Source of the DNA: Candidatus Methylacidiphilales bacterium
GTDB lineage: Bacteria; Verrucomicrobiota; Verrucomicrobiia; Methylacidiphilales; JAAUTS01
Direction of reading: 5' to 3'
NCBI GenBank assembly: GCA_028713655.1
Contig: JAQTNW010000010.1
Span: forward strand, 13,908 to 77,907
Length of the DNA stretch: 64,000 nucleotides
Shown here: positions 57,754-64,000 of the stretch, in pieces
Layout: each line of letters starts with the position of its first letter
How positions within the stretch are numbered: position 1 is the stretch's first letter
Notes under the pieces: model-generated
What the model was told of the DNA's origin: nothing
The model's database searches: none
What the model saw: only the letters and a program-made list of their open reading frames with translations
Program-made: the position numbers and the translations under genes

Positions 57754-58092
57754 GAATGAATTCCTCTGCGAGGACGCTATATAATACCAACTTCTTGTCA
57801 AAGCAAATTGCTAATAATAATGAATCTTAAAGTAACCTAACATAGTTAATGTTCAATATATTACAGCGCTTTGGCACCATCGGCTGCATGTCTCGGCCAC
57901 TTTGAAAAATCAGCTCGCCTACCTCTTGTACAAGGGTCAAGGGTGAGAGGACAAGCACGGAAAGTATGCTGGCTATAGCAGAATAACAGGGGAAAGACCC
58001 CCTATCTATCGATATGTCGCAGAACTGTTACAAAGCCGACACCAAAAAGTCACAGTTAGATGTACAAGCTAAACCTGTAAAAAGTCACCCCT

Positions 58093-58884
58093 ATGGCACA
58101 CTATCGAACCGCTTGGATTTCAGATATTCACCTCGGCACCCGGGGCAGCAAGGCTGGCGCCGTCCTTGATTTTTTAAGAGACCACGAGTTCGACACCCTC
58201 TACCTCGTTGGCGACATCATCGATATTTGGGCCTTGCGCCGCGGGATTTTCTGGCCGCAGGAGCATAACGACGTCATCCAAAAGCTGCTGCGCAAATCCC
58301 GCAAAGGCACCCATCTCATTTACATCCCCGGCAACCATGACGAGTTCGTGTACAATTTCCTCGGCCAGTTCGGCGATATCCACATCCAAAAGCATGCCAT
58401 TCACGAAACAGCCGATGGACGCAAGATCCTGGTCATCCATGGACATGAACTGGATACGGTCATCCAAAACATCGGATGGCTGGCGCATGTGGGCGATTTT
58501 GGATACCAGATTTTGCTGCAGCTCAACGGGTTCATCAATTTCTTCAGGCGTCTGGTCGGACGCGACTACTGGTCGTTAAGCGCCTATGTTAAAAACGAGG
58601 TGAAGAATGTGGTCAGCTTCATCGGCAACTTTGAAGTGGCTGTCGCGCATTATGCCCGCAGTTACAATGCAACCGCGATCCTCTGCGGCCACATTCACCG
58701 CGCCGCCATCCGGAAAATCGGCAATGTGGAGTATTATAATTCCGGCGACTGGGTTGAGAGTTGTACCGCGCTGGTGGAGGATTTTTCAGGAAAAATCGAA
58801 CTGCTGCAATTCGAGCCCAGCGTAAAGCCCAGAACCCAACACGAGCCCGACCCCGTCGCGCTGGAAGAATTGGCCGAGGTCTAG
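58093..58884 (+). CDS. Metallophosphoesterase, UDP-2,3-diacylglucosamine diphosphatase (LpxH)-like
   Basis: The 263-aa product contains WISDIHLGTRG, YLVGDIIDIW, PGNHDE, HGHE and CGHIH. The precise substrate is not determinable from the sequence. Confidence 0.55.
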   Translation: MAHYRTAWISDIHLGTRGSKAGAVLDFLRDHEFDTLYLVGDIIDIWALRRGIFWPQEHNDVIQKLLRKSRKGTHLIYIPGNHDEFVYNFLGQFGDIHIQKHAIHETADGRKILVIHGHELDTVIQNIGWLAHVGDFGYQILLQLNGFINFFRRLVGRDYWSLSAYVKNEVKNVVSFIGNFEVAVAHYARSYNATAILCGHIHRAAIRKIGNVEYYNSGDWVESCTALVEDFSGKIELLQFEPSVKPRTQHEPDPVALEELAEV

Positions 58885-58933
58885 AACCTTTATAAAACTG
58901 TATCCATCGGCGTCAATCTGCCTCCATCCGTGG

Positions 58934-59848
58934 TTAAAAAAGCGTTTTTGCGCTGCCCTCCACCACCGCCAGCGTACCGCTGCGGCCATCGACCCTTCCC
59001 ATTTTGATTTCCGAAACCGGCAATGAATCCCGATGCAGCACTCGCGCTGCTTCCTCCAGCGAATAAAATTCAATGCCCTGCCCTGCAGCCCCCTTCAACA
59101 ACTCTCCGAAAAGCTCAAGATACGCCAAGCCTTCCAATTCCGCGTGAATGGTCAGCACGGAGTCCCCGCCCGCTTTCAACAACTTGAGATAATGCGGCAC
59201 AATCCGTTCCGGAGGAAATTCAGGACGGCCCAATAATTCATCCAAAGTCGGCAGGGTTGTCGGGATTTGAAGCGTACGAAAAGTCTGGCCCTGCATGGAC
59301 GGAAGGAAGGGCTGCCGACCCCGCGCATCGCTCGCGTATAGAAGCCCGGCCTCGTCATAAACCGCGAGGCTGCCGGGGCTGCACTGCCAGCCGGGAGCGG
59401 CGGCCGACCGGGCTTGAACGCCGAAAATCCGCACAAACTCCTCCTGTGCCGCTTGAAACTGCCGTCGTATTTCAGCCAGCGGCATGACGCTCACATAATC
59501 CTGCCAGGTGAAATGATCGTAACAATGAATGCCCACCTCGAATCCGCGGTTGCGGACCTCTTTCATGACATCCTCATTGCGCCTGCCGATATGAGGCGCG
59601 GGCAGCAGGGTTCCGTTCAACATGGTGCGCCACCCGTAATTCGACGCCACGCGGGTGCGCATGACTTTTGAAAAAAAGCCGGGCCGGAAAATCCGGCGGA
59701 TCGCTTTTCCCGTATTGTCCGGGCCCAGCGAAAAGAAAAACGTGGCGGGAACGCCGTGGAGGCGGCACAATTCCACGAGAGGCAGGACCCCCTCGCGCGT
59801 ACCTCGGTCGGTATCGACATCGATCTTAATGGCAAGTCGGGATGGCAT
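58934..59848 (-). CDS. Polysaccharide deacetylase family, ArnD-like (4-deoxy-4-formamido-L-arabinose-phosphoundecaprenol deformylase-like)
   Basis: LAIKIDVDTDRGTREGV and ATFFFSLGPDNTGKAIRRIFRPGFF resemble the ArnD N-terminal region. The product is 304 aa long. Confidence 0.6.
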   Translation of the reverse strand: MPSRLAIKIDVDTDRGTREGVLPLVELCRLHGVPATFFFSLGPDNTGKAIRRIFRPGFFSKVMRTRVASNYGWRTMLNGTLLPAPHIGRRNEDVMKEVRNRGFEVGIHCYDHFTWQDYVSVMPLAEIRRQFQAAQEEFVRIFGVQARSAAAPGWQCSPGSLAVYDEAGLLYASDARGRQPFLPSMQGQTFRTLQIPTTLPTLDELLGRPEFPPERIVPHYLKLLKAGGDSVLTIHAELEGLAYLELFGELLKGAAGQGIEFYSLEEAARVLHRDSLPVSEIKMGRVDGRSGTLAVVEGSAKTLF

Positions 59849-60115
59849 ATTTTAAGTTTAAAGTTCGCGCCAGGCGAATCCGTCCGGTGGCGGATTTCTA
59901 AGTTTTAAGCAATTGTGTTATTCACACATTATGGGGATTTTCACAGATTCCAATTTTTAAAATCCCTCCCCTCTCCCTTCATCTGCGCAGAAATTTGTGC
60001 TCCTTCGCGTTTCCTTGCGGCCTTCCTGTAAAATTATTTTCTTTTGCGCCTTGGCGTCTTGCGCCCTCCTGACCGCTTTAGCTTTACGCCGCGGCGCTTT
60101 GCGTTAAAGCTGTGC

Positions 60116-60898
60116 ATGCAAGCGATGCACATGAAGAAAGACCAGCAACTTTTGTTCATTGAAAAATTAGCCCGCGCAGCCGGCGAGGTCATTCGACCTT
60201 TCTTTTTCAACCCGGACCTGGCGGTTGAACTCAAAGCCGATCAAACGCCTGTCACAATGGCGGATCGCCGGGCGGAGGAAGTGATCCGCGAATTGATCCA
60301 TAAAAATTATCCGGGACATGGAATTATTGCGGAGGAATTCGGGAACGAAAACGAACAGGCGGAGTTTGTCTGGGTCGTGGACCCCATCGACGGCACAATT
60401 TCGTTCACATCCGGTTGTCCGCTGTTTGGCACTTTGATTGGACTTCTGCACCAGGGCAAACCGGTGCTGGGCTGTATTTACCAGCCCGCGCTGGAGCAAA
60501 TGTGCATTGGAGACGGATCGGTTACGCGCTTGAATGGACGGCCGGTTCGGGTGCGCGAAACTTCCTCCCTGCCCCAAACCACGGTGTTGGCGACTGATCT
60601 GGCGAATATTGCGAAGCATCAAAATTTTTCCGCGTTTGAAAAATTACGGCAATCCGCGCGGATTTTCCGCACCTGGGGGGATTGCTATGGCTACCTGCTT
60701 CTATCGTGCGGCCTGGCGGATGTCATGATGGATCCGATCATGAATCCGTGGGACCTGCTGCCGCTCGTCCCCGTTGTGCGCGGCGCGGGCGGAATCATCA
60801 CCGCATGGGACGGATCGGATGTGCTTAAGAGTAATTCCTGCGTCGCAGCCGGGCCCAAGCTGCATGGCGAAGTCATCCGCATTTTGAATGCTGCTTAA
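60116..60898 (+). CDS. Inositol monophosphatase family protein (possibly histidinol-phosphatase HisN-type)
   Basis: The product contains ADRRAEEVIRELI, IIAEEFG, WVVDPIDGTISF and WGDCYGY. I set the start at the ATG at 60116; the upstream part of the tracked ORF is repeat DNA. Confidence 0.8.
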   Translation: MQAMHMKKDQQLLFIEKLARAAGEVIRPFFFNPDLAVELKADQTPVTMADRRAEEVIRELIHKNYPGHGIIAEEFGNENEQAEFVWVVDPIDGTISFTSGCPLFGTLIGLLHQGKPVLGCIYQPALEQMCIGDGSVTRLNGRPVRVRETSSLPQTTVLATDLANIAKHQNFSAFEKLRQSARIFRTWGDCYGYLLLSCGLADVMMDPIMNPWDLLPLVPVVRGAGGIITAWDGSDVLKSNSCVAAGPKLHGEVIRILNAA

Positions 60899-61147
60899 AA
60901 CTGGAATTGCACCACGAATGAGACGGATCCACGCGGATACAAGACTTTCGAATCACGAAACGAATTCAAAACCATTTAGGATTGAAACAATCTGCCTTTA
61001 TCCCCCTGACAAGGGGGAAGAAAAGGGGGTTGCTTTCCGCAGAACAACAATTTTCTCACGTCCGCCAAGGGACGGATTCGTCCGGTGTGCGAACAAGAGA
61101 CGCAAAAGAATACATTTTTAACCGCAGATGTACCGCCAAAGCATGCC

Positions 61148-61768
61148 TTACTTTTGCTTTTTGTATGAAAGTGTCTCGTCGTTATCAGGGTCACCAATGG
61201 TGAAGTTCAATAAATATTCTGACCACCACTTTTGAAGGCTTAAGCCTCCGTAGCCGCCATGCTTTATGGTACCATCATTAATGTTGCAACTGAGGCTATA
61301 GCCCGGAAAAGATTTTTTAATCTCCCAAGTCCCGGAACCTGAAAGAAATCCATTGTTGGATTCACCTGTTCCATTAAAGACGCAATCTGGAACATTTTTT
61401 AATTCGATGAGACGTGAGGGGTAGATGATAATTTCTGATTCAGGAATGCGGGAGTATTTTCTTTGCCTTAACGACAATTCGGATGTTTTGCATAAAACAT
61501 ATTTGCCTGTGATGTCTTCGGTTTCGGGTTTGTGTGAAAGGTATAAACCGTAGAAGTCCCAAAAAATATGGCCAATGCACAACAGCGCGAACGCTGCAAA
61601 AGGCAAAACAAGCATAAGCAGGCTTGCGGCTGGGAGGCCAGCCAACCATTTGAGCCAAGTCCATTTTTTAAACCAGCCCAGAATAAAAAAGCCGGTAAAA
61701 GTTAGAAGTATGAATAAGCAGGCCGCTGCTATGATCAGCCAAAATACAAAAACAAAACCAAGACCCAT
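61148..61768 (-). CDS. Hypothetical membrane protein (3 N-terminal TM helices + soluble C-terminal domain)
   Basis: The 206-aa gene is AT-rich: one 60-nt line counts 37 % G+C. Repeat clusters flank it. I recognise no family. Confidence 0.45.
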   Translation of the reverse strand: MGLGFVFVFWLIIAAACLFILLTFTGFFILGWFKKWTWLKWLAGLPAASLLMLVLPFAAFALLCIGHIFWDFYGLYLSHKPETEDITGKYVLCKTSELSLRQRKYSRIPESEIIIYPSRLIELKNVPDCVFNGTGESNNGFLSGSGTWEIKKSFPGYSLSCNINDGTIKHGGYGGLSLQKWWSEYLLNFTIGDPDNDETLSYKKQK

Positions 61769-62069
61769 AATTTCGGATAAAAATTGTTATTTTCCTCTCC
61801 AACTATCCTGCATGAATTTGAGCTCTGAACAAGCCGTGATTGGGCAGTGGTGTATGCGCCGCTGATGGATTCTGGCTTGCCGCGTCGTCGGGCTTGCCCT
61901 CCTCCTCGCAATGACGGGGCGGCATGGGCGAGAGACTGACGGAATTCATTCAGGGTTCGGGGTGATTTTTTTATTTCCCCCAGGGTATCCGCCTCCGCAA
62001 ATGCTTCGGCGTGAAACCGTGGGCTGAAGGACAAAACGGCCTTGCCATTTTAGCTAACATTCTGAATTC

Positions 62070-63995
62070 TTAATTCTGACTTCTGAATTCTCCCGGGTTT
62101 CCCTTCTTTTCCTCGAAGAACAACAGCCGCAGGCTGTTCAAGACCACGATCACCGTGCTGCCTTCGTGGCCGATGACGCCGAGAGTCAGCGGGATGTAAC
62201 TGCCCAGGGCACTGACAACCAGAACAGCGATAACACCGAGGGAAATCGCCAGGTTTTGTTTGATGATCCGGTTGGCCTTGCGGCTCAGTTCATAGGCGTA
62301 TTTGAAATTTTCCAGCCGGTCCTGCATCAACACCACGTCGGCCTGTTCCAAAACCGCATCCGATCCGCGCAGGCCCATGCCCACGGCCACATAGGCCGCC
62401 GCCAGGCTCGGAGCGTCATTGACGCCGTCGCCCACCATGGCCACATGTTCGCCCGCCATTTCGCATTTCTGAATGAAGGCCACCTTGTCCTCCGGCTTCA
62501 AGCCGGACCGCACATCCTCAAGACCGAGTTGCTTCGCCACCTTCGCGGCGGCTTCAGGCCGGTCGCCGGTCAGCATGGTGACGCGCAGCCCTTCCGACTG
62601 CAGCTTTCGCAAAAGCGGCGCGCTGGCTTCACGGACGGTGTCGAGAAGCAAAATCCGGCCTCGAAGCTCTCCGGCGACGACGACGGTTTCAGTTACTCCA
62701 ATATCAGGTTCCGGAAGTTCCTTTACCCATGCGAGTTTTTCAAACAGGCTGCGCCGGCCAAGTTGGATTTCCTCCGCATGGCCCTGGACGCGGCCACTCA
62801 CGCCCATGCCTGTTAGGGAATGGAATCCTTCCACCGGCAAAAACGCCAAATTTTCTCCCCTGCCCTTGAGTGCGATGGCGCGGGAAACCGGGTGTGATGA
62901 ATGATGGCTGAGTGAGGCCGCCACTTGCAGGAGTTCGTTTGCCCGCCCGGGAGGCAAAGTCTCAATGCCGATGACTTCGAGTTCACCCGTGGTCAGGGTT
63001 CCGGTTTTATCGAGTGCGACCCGTTTGATTTCCCCCAGTTTTTCAATGGCCGCCCCGCCCCTGAAAAGAACCCCGCGGCGCGCGCCCGCGGCGATGCCCG
63101 CCAGGATGGAGGAAGGAATCGAAAGCACGAGCGCACATGGGGAAGCCACAACAAGAAGAATCATGGAGCGATAAAAGGCCGACTTTTCTCCAGGCCGATC
63201 CAGGAAGGGGGAAAGGCCGAGGACCAGCCACCAGACCAGGAACATGACAAGTGTGAGAGTCAGGATGGCATAGGTGTAACGGGTGCCGAATTTGTCCGTG
63301 AACTGCTGCGAAGGGGCCTTGCTGCTCTGGGCCTCTTGAATCAAGCGGATGATTTTTGCAAGGGAGCTTTCATCCGCTGTTTTCGTGATGCGGGAATCCA
63401 CCGCACCCCAAAGATTCATCGTCCCGGAAAAAACGGTATCGCCGCACTGCTTATCGACCGGAACCGATTCACCGGTCAGGCTGGATTCATTCGCTGCGGA
63501 AGCGCCTGAGAGAACCTCGGCGTCGGCTGCAAATTGTTCGCCCGGGCGGGTGCGGATCACCATGCCGGGTTGGAGTTGTTCCACCGGGATGCGTTTTTCC
63601 GTTCCGGAGGGCTCCACGACGTTGGCTTCCTTGGGGGCATCCTTGAACAGGCTTTTGATCTCGCGTTCAGTCCGGAACAAGGCCAGGTCTTCCAACGCTC
63701 CACTGGAGGAAAATAGGAACAGCAGGGTGGCGCCTTCCCACCAGTGTCCGACTGCTGCGGCCCCCGCGGCGACAAACAGCATAAGAAAGTGGACGTCCAG
63801 GGTGCGTTTGCGCAACAGTTCCCAGACATCCACAGCGGGAAACCATCCGCCGGCGATGTAAGCGATGAGATAGGCGGCAATGGCAGCGGCGGAGTGTTCG
63901 CCGTGGAGGGATTCCAAAATGAAGCCCGTGGCGGCGCCCAGGCCACAGACACCGGCGGCGGCCATCGCTTTTTTCCATTCCGCAGCTTCCCGCAA
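62070..63995 (-). CDS. Heavy-metal P-type ATPase, P1B-4-like (Co/Zn type)
   Basis: The product contains DKTGTLT, GDGVNDAP and ASPCALV (the SPC motif). HEGST in the last TM region is, as I recall, the P1B-4 signature. There is no N-terminal HMA domain, consistent with that subgroup. The start is 5 nt from the window edge, so an N-terminal extension cannot be excluded. Confidence 0.85.
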   Translation of the reverse strand: MREAAEWKKAMAAAGVCGLGAATGFILESLHGEHSAAAIAAYLIAYIAGGWFPAVDVWELLRKRTLDVHFLMLFVAAGAAAVGHWWEGATLLFLFSSSGALEDLALFRTEREIKSLFKDAPKEANVVEPSGTEKRIPVEQLQPGMVIRTRPGEQFAADAEVLSGASAANESSLTGESVPVDKQCGDTVFSGTMNLWGAVDSRITKTADESSLAKIIRLIQEAQSSKAPSQQFTDKFGTRYTYAILTLTLVMFLVWWLVLGLSPFLDRPGEKSAFYRSMILLVVASPCALVLSIPSSILAGIAAGARRGVLFRGGAAIEKLGEIKRVALDKTGTLTTGELEVIGIETLPPGRANELLQVAASLSHHSSHPVSRAIALKGRGENLAFLPVEGFHSLTGMGVSGRVQGHAEEIQLGRRSLFEKLAWVKELPEPDIGVTETVVVAGELRGRILLLDTVREASAPLLRKLQSEGLRVTMLTGDRPEAAAKVAKQLGLEDVRSGLKPEDKVAFIQKCEMAGEHVAMVGDGVNDAPSLAAAYVAVGMGLRGSDAVLEQADVVLMQDRLENFKYAYELSRKANRIIKQNLAISLGVIAVLVVSALGSYIPLTLGVIGHEGSTVIVVLNSLRLLFFEEKKGNPGEFRSQN

Positions 63996-64000
63996 ATGCG

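Noticed and set aside
57754-57810. A TTGACA hexamer upstream of the lipoprotein gene, considered as a sigma-70 promoter.
   Set aside because: The best -10-like hexamers (tattat, tatata) lie only 9-12 nt downstream, which is far from the 17-nt optimum. I cannot support a promoter call by eye.
63995-64000. The possibility that the P-type ATPase is truncated by the window edge.
   Set aside because: This cannot be excluded. However, the SPC/HEGST signature points to the P1B-4 subgroup, which I recall lacks N-terminal metal-binding domains, and the 641-aa length fits. I therefore report the gene as probably complete.

Overview
The window is 64 kb of chromosomal DNA. G+C is high by eye: one 60-nt line counted in addB is 60 %. 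Gene content (membrane H+-pyrophosphatase, sialate O-acetylesterase, PagL-like and ArnD-like genes) and the style of the intergenic repeats suggest a PVC-group, Verrucomicrobiota-like bacterium; this is inference only. I call about 58 protein genes, and most are housekeeping: coaX, trpA, ruvX, truA, trmL, an AddAB-type helicase-nuclease pair, hppA, hisD-hisB-hisH, asd, two PLP desulfurase-type genes, glnD, pdxJ-acpS-nnr, rlmN, a desaturase and a P1B-4 metal ATPase. I found no rRNA, tRNA, CRISPR array, transposase or integrase. One cobalamin riboswitch precedes a BtuB-like TonB-dependent receptor. The accessory content is as follows. (1) A low-GC four-gene minus-strand operon at 54.1-57.8 kb encodes a lipoprotein, a small helical protein and two membrane proteins. 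I cannot assign any of them to a family, and this is my best candidate for an undescribed system. (2) An islet at 31.8-33.2 kb holds a GxxExxY gene bracketed by perfect inverted repeats, an intact MntA antitoxin and a HepT toxin broken by a 1-nt deletion. (3) A stand-alone AAA_14/DUF4143 ATPase lies between coaX and trpA. (4) A low-GC orphan membrane gene lies at 61.1-61.8 kb. Many intergenic regions contain members of at least seven short repeat families. These include IR-bounded miniature units, a nested (filled versus empty site) insertion, and a repeat that supplies the last codons and the stop of two unrelated genes. All family assignments come from motif recognition by eye; no searches were run.
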